Positions 16,985 to 26,013 of a DNA stretch of 31,993 nt are shown here, in pieces. A program made the translations under genes and the position numbers. How positions within the stretch are numbered: the first letter of the stretch is position 1; each line of letters begins with the position of its first letter. This stretch comes from Candidatus Rifleibacteriota bacterium (GTDB lineage: Bacteria; Muiribacteriota; Ozemobacteria; Ozemobacterales; Ozemobacteraceae), in NCBI GenBank assembly GCA_051747585.1, contig JBNJGH010000029.1:1-31993 (forward strand), given 5' to 3'. Below the pieces are notes generated by a model that had not been told where the DNA came from, searched no databases, and saw only the letters and a program-made list of their open reading frames with translations.

Positions 16985-19342
16985 ATGGAAAAGAAAACTT
17001 TAAAATGCCCCCATTGCCAGCAAATGAATTATCCAATGGTGGAATTTTGTCATCATTGTGGCGAGTCATTGCATATCAAATCGGTCGACGAAAAGCAGAC
17101 TCTGATTGAGAAATGGTTTTATCATGCCGTTGATGCCATGTTCTGGCTCGTAGACGAAACAGCTCGCTGGTGGGAAATTGGCAAGTTAACTATAAAGCTT
17201 AAAGCTCTCAGAAGACAAAGAGCCAGATTGTTAAGCCACTTTGAAAGTCTTGATAAGTCCGGTGGTGAAACTTCCCTCGAACAGCGGCAGACTCTTATGG
17301 GAATTACAGAAGAACTGGCCCGACTTTCGAGCAGAGAAGAGTTTTTACGAACACGTTGCTGGGAACTTATACCCGAGTTTTTCTTTTTAATTATATTTCT
17401 ACTTTTTTGCTACGGTTTGTTTGTTTTCAGCCCGGGTGGAACAATGCTTCCTCAATCTCCTGCCGATGCGGGAGTTTTCAGCGGTCAGGTTTCTAAGGTT
17501 CGTGACCTTCCATTAAAAGGTCATTCTGTAATTTCAAGAGTTGTTTATCATAAAGAGAAACTTTATATAGGTGGCGACGGAGGGGTTACAGTAGTTGACC
17601 CGGTAACGGGGAAAGCCAGCGAAACCAAAGGCCTGCCCGATGACTTCTATGTTCGCGATATGGTTGTAAGAAATGATGAGCTTATTATTGGGGGGTTCCC
17701 TGGTATATATTCCTTAAAAAACACATCTCTTCAGTCTCTTTATAAAAAAAATCAGTTGCCGGCTGATCTTGTTAACTCTCTGGCCTTGACTGAAGATGGG
17801 AAGTTGCTTGTCGGAACTATTGCAAAAGGAGTACTTAGAGGTAACAAAGACTCCGCGGTTTTTATTCTTGGTACTCAGGGAAAAACTGTAAGAGACTTTG
17901 GTCGCCTGGATTCGGAACTTTGGATAATGCATGAAGACGGAATTTTGACCGGCAGTAATAACAGTTTTGAGCCTGTGAGTCTTCAGGTTCTTGCCGGTCG
18001 ACATCTTCGCAGCATGGTTACCACAGAGCGTAGTGTTTATATTGGCTCGGATCAGGGAGTAATCGCCGGTTATAGAAATGCCCGCAACTGGGTTTGGACT
18101 CTTTTGAGCGCTGGCAAGCCCGGCTTTGTAAATGATCTATTTGTTTCAGGCGATGTTTTGTTTGTTGGTTCCGATGAGGGGTTGTATAGATTTAAAAACG
18201 GTAGAATGGAAAGGCTTTCATCGATTCCCTGTCAGGCTTTGGCGGCGGGAAAATCTTTCCTGGCGGCAGTTAACTCTGATTCAATTCTGCTATGCTACTT
18301 TGCTCCATTTGTAAGTGTTAAAGATGGTCCCTATTTAAGTTCTGTGCCAGAAGTGGGATCCTATACGCCATCTATGCCGGTTGTGTCGATGATTCCTGTT
18401 CCAGATCTTCAGTTTGGTCGATTGCCTGATTTTCAGTATCTCGAAAATAAGCTCGAGCAGAATGAAGAAAGTGCAACCGATTCTACTGCCAGCGAGTCAG
18501 AAGGCGACATCGTTCCGGAAACCAAGTTCCCGCCTGAACTGCAGACGCCGGTATTTTCTGATCTCCAAAAAGTTAATGACTATTATTATATGGCTACTCT
18601 TAACAGGGGTATATGGTTGCATCATAAGTCTTCCTGGAAAAGAATCAATGGGGTTCCCTCTGTTGGCTTGGGTGCTCTTGCAGGTTCTAATGAGTTTTGC
18701 TACGCCTATGGACCGGGGGAAGGGGTTTATAAAATCAAGCAGGATTCTGCCCGGTTGTTTATTAAAGATGTTTTTACCAACGGACTTCTGGATATTAATA
18801 CCAGCAAAGATGGCAGTCTTGTCATGCTGTTCGAAGATGGAGAAATTAAAACATCTGACAAAAATGGAAAACTGGAAACACTGACGTCTATCCCGGGCGA
18901 CTTCAAAGGTGAATTTCATTCCATCTGGAAAATGGATTCACAACTTGTGGTCGTCGTCAATCGAGGGGTGTTGATTCAAGAAAGTCGCAAGCAATGGAAT
19001 CTGGTGTTTTTCAAAGGCGGATTCGAAGGCTCTAAAGTAACTGTAGTTACCAGAGGGCCGGGTAATGCTTTGTTTATCGGGGTTAATGATGGCCGAATTT
19101 TTAAGCTTTCAGGAACCAGCCTTGACTTTGTCGGCACAATAAGCGATCAGCCTGTTGCCATGAATTTTGCTGGCTATTTATGGGTGGCTGGTAAAGAATC
19201 TTTATATTTTCTTGAGAAAAATAAATTAATTGCCACCCCTTTTCATGTAAACGATAAAATTCTTGGAGCTTATCCCGTGCCTGACAGTAAGTCCATCATG
19301 GTGTTTACCGGATCCGGTATTAAGTTGATTGCTGGACGATAA
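16985..19342 (+). CDS. Hypothetical membrane protein: zinc ribbon, coiled coil, one TM, probable beta-propeller ectodomain
   Basis: CPHC...CHHC; TM FFFLIIFLLFCYGLFVF; repeated LYIGGDGG / VYIGSDQG / LFVGSDEG / LFIGVNDG blades. Confidence 0.85.
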   Translation: MEKKTLKCPHCQQMNYPMVEFCHHCGESLHIKSVDEKQTLIEKWFYHAVDAMFWLVDETARWWEIGKLTIKLKALRRQRARLLSHFESLDKSGGETSLEQRQTLMGITEELARLSSREEFLRTRCWELIPEFFFLIIFLLFCYGLFVFSPGGTMLPQSPADAGVFSGQVSKVRDLPLKGHSVISRVVYHKEKLYIGGDGGVTVVDPVTGKASETKGLPDDFYVRDMVVRNDELIIGGFPGIYSLKNTSLQSLYKKNQLPADLVNSLALTEDGKLLVGTIAKGVLRGNKDSAVFILGTQGKTVRDFGRLDSELWIMHEDGILTGSNNSFEPVSLQVLAGRHLRSMVTTERSVYIGSDQGVIAGYRNARNWVWTLLSAGKPGFVNDLFVSGDVLFVGSDEGLYRFKNGRMERLSSIPCQALAAGKSFLAAVNSDSILLCYFAPFVSVKDGPYLSSVPEVGSYTPSMPVVSMIPVPDLQFGRLPDFQYLENKLEQNEESATDSTASESEGDIVPETKFPPELQTPVFSDLQKVNDYYYMATLNRGIWLHHKSSWKRINGVPSVGLGALAGSNEFCYAYGPGEGVYKIKQDSARLFIKDVFTNGLLDINTSKDGSLVMLFEDGEIKTSDKNGKLETLTSIPGDFKGEFHSIWKMDSQLVVVVNRGVLIQESRKQWNLVFFKGGFEGSKVTVVTRGPGNALFIGVNDGRIFKLSGTSLDFVGTISDQPVAMNFAGYLWVAGKESLYFLEKNKLIATPFHVNDKILGAYPVPDSKSIMVFTGSGIKLIAGR

Positions 19343-19432
19343 TAAGATTAATGAGTAAAATTATTCGAAGGAACGGTAAAATTTGCCGATAATGATCAGG
19401 GTTTATATCTAAATTCCGGAAAATTACTGAAT

Positions 19433-19828
19433 ATGACTAAAGAATATCTGCCGGTTTTTGCTGAAGAGATTTTTGTTGTAAATCTTTATGGCACCGATGA
19501 AGAAATTGATGAGTTTAATGAGCTTATGAGGGCTAACAATGTCGAAAAAAACCTCATGTCAATGGCTCTGATAATTGAAGAGATCAAGCGGCGAAACTTT
19601 CTAAAAATCAACTGGCATTGTTGTTGGAGGTGCCAATACTACCAGAATTGTAAAATTAACTGGTATAGGGGCGAAAGAAATATGGCAATGCGAAATTGTT
19701 GCACTTATTGCCAGAATTTCTGGGAATGCCATAAAACTTTCAGTACCAAACAACAAAAAGAAGAGAAGCCCTGTAAAAAAGATTCGGAAAGTGAAAATGT
19801 TCCTCATGAAACAAAAGAAAAAAAATAA
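19433..19828 (+). CDS. Small Cys-rich protein with two CC-x2-C-x5-C motifs (start uncertain)
   Basis: CCWRCQYYQNC and CCTYCQNFWEC. Confidence 0.75.
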   Translation: MTKEYLPVFAEEIFVVNLYGTDEEIDEFNELMRANNVEKNLMSMALIIEEIKRRNFLKINWHCCWRCQYYQNCKINWYRGERNMAMRNCCTYCQNFWECHKTFSTKQQKEEKPCKKDSESENVPHETKEKK

Positions 19829-20552
19829 ACTGAGCTTTTTATTTTTATTTGTAACGGCCTTGATTTATGTCGGTTATATTCCTTCGTCTGCTATTACTCT
19901 CCAAGGCCCATCGGGTTTTATTAATGTTCCTTCTCATGAAACCGTCAAGGCAAAAGAAATCGAACTTGGCGCCCATTATCGAATGTATAAAAACCCGATA
20001 ACCGACAAAGAATATTCTTTAACTAATTTTTCCTTTGCTTTTTCACCAATTAAAGATTTTGAAATGGGCATTGCCAAAGGCGTTAACTTAACCGACACAT
20101 CTATTGATCCAGACCCACTGATTAGTTTTAAGGTGAGGTTACCCTCGATAGGAAGCCAGGAGTTTTCGCAAGTTGCCTTTGGCGGTGTTTTTGATACAAA
20201 TCCAAATAATTATCACACTCTTTATTTTTCTATAGGCGGATTCGGCCTGGGGTGGAATTTTGGTGGCAATCGTTTCAGCGGTGTCGCGAATTATGGTTCT
20301 TATGATTCCGGCAATAACGAACCCGATTCTTTGTGCCTGTTGATCGGGGTTAATTATCCGAAAAGGCGGCCGGGCGAAAGAGGTTATAAAGGGCAATTTT
20401 TTGTTGATTACAATGGCGACGTCGTTTCTGGCGGATACCGGTACAAATCCCATCGTGGTTTCTGGGTGGACGCTGCTGTTCACTCGCCAAGCTCTTACGA
20501 AGATTTTTATGATTATCGCCCCTTTACGCTCGGTGTGGGAGCAAATTTCTAG
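19791..20552 (+). CDS. Putative outer-membrane beta-barrel protein, YjbH-like N-terminus (start GTG 19791 or ATG 19806)
   Basis: Signal peptide; GPSGFINVPS; Gly/aromatic-rich beta strands; C-terminal Phe (LGVGANF). Confidence 0.7.
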   Translation: MKMFLMKQKKKNKLSFLFLFVTALIYVGYIPSSAITLQGPSGFINVPSHETVKAKEIELGAHYRMYKNPITDKEYSLTNFSFAFSPIKDFEMGIAKGVNLTDTSIDPDPLISFKVRLPSIGSQEFSQVAFGGVFDTNPNNYHTLYFSIGGFGLGWNFGGNRFSGVANYGSYDSGNNEPDSLCLLIGVNYPKRRPGERGYKGQFFVDYNGDVVSGGYRYKSHRGFWVDAAVHSPSSYEDFYDYRPFTLGVGANF

Positions 20553-20557
20553 CTTTT

Positions 20558-20587
20558 TTGAATTAAGCATAGGGGTTTTGCTATAAT
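20558..20587 (+). promoter_or_regulatory. Putative sigma70-type promoter for nnr
   Basis: TTGAAT-18 nt-TATAAT with extended -10 TG. Confidence 0.55.
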
Positions 20588-20607
20588 AAGCCATCGAAAA
20601 ATAAAGG

Positions 20608-22170
20608 ATGGCAGATATGAGGCTTTTTACTTCAGACCAGATGCGTGAAATTGATTCCCACGCAATTAATCAGGTTGGTATTCCTTCGCTGGTTCTAATG
20701 GAAAATGCGGGAATCAAGACTCTTTTTACTCTCGAAAAAATTCTGGATGGACTTAAGGGTAAGAGATTTACCATTGTGTGCGGAAAGGGCAATAATGGTG
20801 GCGATGGGCTGGTAATTGCCCGTCATCTACATAACAACAACATTCCCGTTTATGTGTTTTTGACTACAGAACCTGAAAACATCAGTCAGGATGCTGCAGC
20901 CAATTATAATATTCTTTGTCGCTCCGGACTTAAGCCCTCAATAATTAAGAATGAAGAAGATCTAAACCGTCTAAGAATTGCCATGGAGTTTTCAGAGGCA
21001 ATCATAGACAGTGTTTTTGGCACAGGATTCAAGGGCCAGATCAAAGGTTTGCTGGCCAATATTATCAATGCCATGAATGATTCTAGAGCTATCAAGATCG
21101 CCATCGATGCTCCTTCCGGCCTGAATGGAAACACCGGTGAGATCTCGGCTCTTTCTTTTGTGGCCGACTACTGTATAACTCTTGGGGCAGCAAAAGTCGG
21201 TCTGTTCATGTTTCCGGGTAAAAAAATTACCGGAGAAGTCTGGATCGCTGAAATAGGTATACCGGATTGTTCCTTCAATTCTGTTGAAGCCGACAGTTTC
21301 CTGCTTACTTCTCAGCTTGTACAGACCCTTATTCCGCCCAAAGACGATCAGTTGCACAAAGGCAGTGCCGGAAAACTTTTTCTACTTGCAGGCTCGGATC
21401 AATACCAGGGGGCCGGTGTCGTTGCCAGTTATGGTGCGCATCGTTCGGGCGTAGGTATCGTTAATCTGGGGCTTCCGGATTGTTTAAAAGGGAATATCTG
21501 TTCACAGGTCCTTCCAGAAACTATTGTATCATTTATTCCATCCAGTAAGGGTGTGTTTGACCTTAAAGTCGATTTTGTTGAAAACTTAAACGGAAAATAC
21601 AGAGTCTTACTTGCAGGGCCGGGCTGGGGAAGAAACCCTGTTGCTGAAAAAAGCCTCGAAACTCTTTTGAATAGCTGGCATGGTTCACTGGTTCTAGATG
21701 CCGATGCGCTTAATCAGCTTAAAAATAAAGAAGCTCTTAAACATCGTGAATATATTCCCGTTATTACTCCGCATATCGGCGAAATGGCACGCTTGCTCAA
21801 TGTGCCACTTGAAGAGGTTGCCACCAGTCAGATTCAGGTTGCTCGTGATTTTGCCCTGAAATTTAAGACTATTGTGGTTTTGAAGTCTGCTGTTACGGTT
21901 ATTTCAGATCATAGGGGCAGAGCGTTTGTTTCGAGTCGACCCAATCCGGGATTGGCAAAAGGAGGATCAGGAGATTTGCTTTCGGGGCTTATATCTGGTC
22001 TGATTGCCTCCGGGCTGTCTGAGCTGAATGCTGCTCTCGCAGCTGTGCATATCCAAGCTGAGGCCGCCGAAGAGGCTGTCGCCGAGCTCGGCGTTGATGC
22101 GGTTACTATCAGCGAGATTGCTGCTTATGTGCCACGCGCATTTAAAAAATTACGCGAAGGAGAAGTCTGA
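20608..22170 (+). CDS. nnr: Bifunctional NAD(P)H-hydrate epimerase/dehydratase
   Basis: LMENAG, GKGNNGGDG, FGTG, DAPSG, HKGSAG, GPGWG, DADAL, TPHIGE, GGSGDLLSG. Confidence 0.95.
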   Translation: MADMRLFTSDQMREIDSHAINQVGIPSLVLMENAGIKTLFTLEKILDGLKGKRFTIVCGKGNNGGDGLVIARHLHNNNIPVYVFLTTEPENISQDAAANYNILCRSGLKPSIIKNEEDLNRLRIAMEFSEAIIDSVFGTGFKGQIKGLLANIINAMNDSRAIKIAIDAPSGLNGNTGEISALSFVADYCITLGAAKVGLFMFPGKKITGEVWIAEIGIPDCSFNSVEADSFLLTSQLVQTLIPPKDDQLHKGSAGKLFLLAGSDQYQGAGVVASYGAHRSGVGIVNLGLPDCLKGNICSQVLPETIVSFIPSSKGVFDLKVDFVENLNGKYRVLLAGPGWGRNPVAEKSLETLLNSWHGSLVLDADALNQLKNKEALKHREYIPVITPHIGEMARLLNVPLEEVATSQIQVARDFALKFKTIVVLKSAVTVISDHRGRAFVSSRPNPGLAKGGSGDLLSGLISGLIASGLSELNAALAAVHIQAEAAEEAVAELGVDAVTISEIAAYVPRAFKKLREGEV

Positions 22171-22258
22171 ACCACTATTATTTTACTGGAAAATTATTGT
22201 GGCAGGGTGCATAATGGTTCAAACTCCAAATTTAAAATAATTACAGGATTAACAGTCA

Positions 22259-23134
22259 TTGCTTGGTATAAATTTTATTGGATCCGGTAGCAAAGGGAAC
22301 TCGGCTTTGCTGGAATTCAACAACTCATATTTTCTGCTCGATGCAGGGTTTTCCTGCAAAAAAATTAAAGATTTTTTAAGTAGCAGAAATCTTGAGGTGT
22401 CAGATCTTTCCGGAATTTTTATAACTCATGAGCATGAAGATCATGCCAAAGGGTTGAAAGTCTTGCTGAAGCGTTTTCCCGATCTGCCGGTGTATGCCAG
22501 TGGCGGAACTTTGTCTGCCCTGAGAGACCGTGGAGTGCAGATAAAATCATCGATTAGAATTAAACCGGGAAATGAAATTGAGCTCGCAAAAGTTAGATGT
22601 TTTCCTTTTAACGTGCCTCATGACGCCCAGGAACCTGTGGGCATGAGATTTGAGTTTGAAGGCAGGGTTTTGGCAATTGCTACCGATGTTGGTCATCTTT
22701 CCAGCGAGGTATTTACCAATCTAATTGATGCAAATTTGTTGTGCATAGAAAGCAACTATGACGAGCAAATGCTTAAAGAGAGTATTTACCCTGCCTGGCT
22801 GAAAAATAGAATTCGCAGTAAGAAGGGCCACCTTCCCAACGAAGGGTTTAGAGGAATCCTGTCGCGAATGAAAAAAGACCCTGAAATATTAGTTCTTATG
22901 CATTTGAGCCAGGAGTCTAATACAAACTGGCTGGTAAGAGATGTAGTGCATAATTATTTTGAGTTGAACCCCAAAAGATTTAAGAAAACCAGAGTAAGTA
23001 TAGAAGCCCAGAATAAAGTCGGCGAAAGGCTTTTAATAGAATCAGGTTTGTCCTCGAAAATTAAAAACAAAATTTTGCTTCAGCCGACTTTTGACGATTT
23101 TTGTAGCTTTTCTTCCCGAGGGCTGTTGAAATGA
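22259..23134 (+). CDS. MBL-fold metallo-hydrolase (YycJ/WalJ-like)
   Basis: GSGSKGN, DAG, THEHEDH, PHDA, TDVG, ESNYD, GHL, HLSQESN. Confidence 0.9.
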   Translation: MLGINFIGSGSKGNSALLEFNNSYFLLDAGFSCKKIKDFLSSRNLEVSDLSGIFITHEHEDHAKGLKVLLKRFPDLPVYASGGTLSALRDRGVQIKSSIRIKPGNEIELAKVRCFPFNVPHDAQEPVGMRFEFEGRVLAIATDVGHLSSEVFTNLIDANLLCIESNYDEQMLKESIYPAWLKNRIRSKKGHLPNEGFRGILSRMKKDPEILVLMHLSQESNTNWLVRDVVHNYFELNPKRFKKTRVSIEAQNKVGERLLIESGLSSKIKNKILLQPTFDDFCSFSSRGLLK

Positions 23135-23556
23135 GGATAGATGTTTTAATGATTGGCCGAATATCGGAAAAACCCTATGAAAAGCTGGTAAAGCAGTATT
23201 TTGCAAGGTGTTCTAAACGATTGCCCGTAAATCTTGTTAATTGTAAAAATGAAGATGAGATGATCAAAAGAATTAAAGGCAAACAACTGGTAGTAGCAAT
23301 GGATGAGCATGCAACCACCAGAGATTCTTCAGGTTTCTGCCAATGGATAGAAAAAAAAATAAACTCCGGCTTGAACAGAATTGTTTTTTGTCTTGGGGCT
23401 GCTGCCGGACTTGATAAAAGAGTAAAAAATGAAGCACATGAGTTTATTTCACTTTCACCAATGACTTTAAATCATCAGCTTGCTCTTCTTGTGCTTGCCG
23501 AGCAGTTATATAGAACTGTTTCGATCATGTCTGGAGATCCATACCATAAAGCGTAG
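23131..23556 (+). CDS. rlmH: 23S rRNA (pseudouridine1915-N3)-methyltransferase
   Basis: SLSPMTLNHQL, EQLYR, PYHK; ATGA overlap with the upstream gene. Confidence 0.92.
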   Translation: MRIDVLMIGRISEKPYEKLVKQYFARCSKRLPVNLVNCKNEDEMIKRIKGKQLVVAMDEHATTRDSSGFCQWIEKKINSGLNRIVFCLGAAAGLDKRVKNEAHEFISLSPMTLNHQLALLVLAEQLYRTVSIMSGDPYHKA

Positions 23557-23558
23557 CT

Positions 23559-24419
23559 ATGATAATTTTATTAAGACAACAATTAAATAAGATAGCTGAT
23601 CTAATTAGAGATTATTCCGGAATAATTCTCGAAAGGGTTACTTCGAGAGATATAACCCCCTATATTGAAGAGCATATGAAGCAAATTGGCGTGCTGCGTT
23701 TTGAGGATTATATTTGTGCCTTAAATTATGGTAATGATTACAAACCGGCGTTATCTGATCTTATTTCTCATCTTACCGTGAGTGAAAGTTTTTTCTTTAG
23801 AAACCCCGGGCAGTTTGAATATTTGTATGAAGAGTATTTTCCTCATCTTTACAAAAGTAAAGGGAAGTCAAAGGCAATTAGAGTCTGGAGCGCAGGTTGT
23901 GCCCAGGGAGAAGAAGCCTACTCATTAGCTATGGTGGCTAAAAGATTTCAACTTGAGCATCCGGGAACCAGTTTTCACATCTATGCCGGAGATATTAACA
24001 AAGAGAATCTTGCAATAGCCAAAGAGGGGTTTTACAATAAACGTTCTTTAAGAAACAAGGCTGAAAAGTTTGAAAAATTACTCAATCTGAGACTTGGAAG
24101 AAGAGATGAAAAAGGCAACTGCAAAATCGCCGATGAGATTGCAAATCTTGTGCAGTTTAGAAAGTTGAATCTAAAACAAAGACATGAACTAAGTTTTATG
24201 GCAGGTTCGAATATTATCTTCTGCAGAAATGTGTTAATTTATTTCTCTGAAGTTTTTCGACGTGAATTAGTGAAAAATCTCGCTGACAAGCTCGTTCCCG
24301 GCGGATTGCTCTGCCTGGGAGAAAGCGAATGCCTGCCTAAAGGTATTGATTGTTTAGAAGTTATCAGTTATAGAAATTCTTATTGTTATCGTAAGCCTGA
24401 AGCGGGAAGATACAAATGA
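23559..24419 (+). CDS. cheR: Protein-glutamate O-methyltransferase CheR
   Basis: ESFFFR, RVWSAGCAQGEEAYS, IFCRNVLIYF, LGESE. Confidence 0.93.
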   Translation: MIILLRQQLNKIADLIRDYSGIILERVTSRDITPYIEEHMKQIGVLRFEDYICALNYGNDYKPALSDLISHLTVSESFFFRNPGQFEYLYEEYFPHLYKSKGKSKAIRVWSAGCAQGEEAYSLAMVAKRFQLEHPGTSFHIYAGDINKENLAIAKEGFYNKRSLRNKAEKFEKLLNLRLGRRDEKGNCKIADEIANLVQFRKLNLKQRHELSFMAGSNIIFCRNVLIYFSEVFRRELVKNLADKLVPGGLLCLGESECLPKGIDCLEVISYRNSYCYRKPEAGRYK

Positions 24420-25477
24420 ATGAAATAAAAAAAATAAAAGTACTTGTCGTAGATGATTCCGCTTTTATGAGAACGGCTATCGAACGCATGCTTCAAGAGG
24501 ATGATGCTATACATGTCGTAGGCTCTGCAGCAAACGGGAAAGATGCGGTAAACAAGGTTGCCAGGCTGAGCCCGGACGTTGTCACCATGGATATAGAAAT
24601 GCCGATAATGGATGGCTTGCATGCCTTGAAAGAAATAATGCGTCTTTGTCCCACCCCGGTTTTAATGGTAAGTTCTTTAACTCAGGAAGGAGCAAAAGTT
24701 ACTCTTGATGCTCTTGACCTTGGTGCGGTTGATTATGTTCCCAAGCCCGGTTCGACGCTTTCAATCGGAATTTTAGGTTTAAAGCGTGAACTTCTTGCAA
24801 AAGTTCACGCTGTTGCCCGTTGTAAACCCCAGTCGGTCAAGCTTGAATACAGTGGTGCACGCCGAAAATATAAAAAGACTGTTGTTAAAACAAATAAAGT
24901 TATTAGTAAAGCTGTTTTTATCGGTGCTTCAACCGGTGGTCCTCCTGCGATACAAAAAATATTGTCTTTATTGCCTCCCGATATTCCTGCTCCTGTCATA
25001 GTTGCTCAACACATGCCAAAATCTTTTACCAGCGCTTATGCCGGCAGAATGAATACAATTTGCTCGATAAGAGTTAAAGAAGCCGTTGATGGCGAAGAAT
25101 TGCAAAATTCAGTAGCTTACATTTGTCCGGGCGATTACCAGACAAGAGTTCAAAGAAATCTGCAGGGGAAATATTTCTTTTCGGTTACCTCAAACCTTGA
25201 TGAGCAGGATAGTTTTGCTCCATGTATCAATACTCTGTTTTTTTCTGCAGCAAAAGAATTTGCTCACAATACAATTGGAATAATACTCACAGGCATGGGT
25301 GAAGATGGCGTTAGAGGCTTAAAAAATATTAAGCTGATGGGAGGGCTTACTATTGCTCAGGATAGACTGAGCTCGGTAATCTATGGAATGCCCCGGGCTG
25401 CTCTTGAGCAACATGCCGCTGCCCGTATTCTAAATCTAGAGGAAATAGCCAGAGAAATTGATTTGGCTTTAAAATAA
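24416..25477 (+). CDS. cheB: Chemotaxis response regulator methylesterase CheB
   Basis: Receiver VVDDS, MDIEMP, KP; catalytic GASTGGP, QHMP, LTGMGEDG. Confidence 0.95.
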   Translation: MNEIKKIKVLVVDDSAFMRTAIERMLQEDDAIHVVGSAANGKDAVNKVARLSPDVVTMDIEMPIMDGLHALKEIMRLCPTPVLMVSSLTQEGAKVTLDALDLGAVDYVPKPGSTLSIGILGLKRELLAKVHAVARCKPQSVKLEYSGARRKYKKTVVKTNKVISKAVFIGASTGGPPAIQKILSLLPPDIPAPVIVAQHMPKSFTSAYAGRMNTICSIRVKEAVDGEELQNSVAYICPGDYQTRVQRNLQGKYFFSVTSNLDEQDSFAPCINTLFFSAAKEFAHNTIGIILTGMGEDGVRGLKNIKLMGGLTIAQDRLSSVIYGMPRAALEQHAAARILNLEEIAREIDLALK

Positions 25478-25503
25478 TTATTATTAATCAGGAGAAGATC
25501 AAA

Positions 25504-26010
25504 ATGACTTCATTTAATTATAATGCCGACGAAATCATAGAACTTGCTATACAGATAGAAAAAAACGGTAGGGATTACTTCCTGGCAATGGCTGAGAAGA
25601 CTGACAACCCTAAGGTCCGCGAAGTTTTCAATTATCTTGTAAATGAAGAAGAAAGCCATCTCGGAATTTTTAAAGAGATTAGAGCTAAACTTGCTCAAAA
25701 AGAGCCGGAAATGGAAATTGCTGACGAATACAAAACTCCGGAAATGTATAATTATGTTAAAGCGATGTTCGATGGCCGTGTTTTTCCAGACATGAAATCT
25801 CACCGGGAAGTCACTGCCGAGATAAAAACTGACGAGCAGGCTATTTATCACGCAATAAGCTTCGAAAAAGATACGGTTCTGTTCTTTAACGAAATTCTTA
25901 ATCTGCTTGGCGAAGACGATGAAAACAGACCTTTGATCGAGGAACTTATCAGACAGGAAAAAATACACATTGCCCGGCTTTTTACTTTAATGGGAAACAT
26001 AAAACAGTAA
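25504..26010 (+). CDS. Ferritin-like / rubrerythrin-family diiron protein
   Basis: AIQIEKNG...EEESH and AISFEKDT...QEKIH; AGGAG RBS. Confidence 0.88.
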   Translation: MTSFNYNADEIIELAIQIEKNGRDYFLAMAEKTDNPKVREVFNYLVNEEESHLGIFKEIRAKLAQKEPEMEIADEYKTPEMYNYVKAMFDGRVFPDMKSHREVTAEIKTDEQAIYHAISFEKDTVLFFNEILNLLGEDDENRPLIEELIRQEKIHIARLFTLMGNIKQ

Positions 26011-26013
26011 ATA

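Noticed and set aside
23530..23560. rlmH 3' end as an SCC-like integration site
   Set aside because: cheR follows after 2 nt; no recombinase or duplicated att sequence seen
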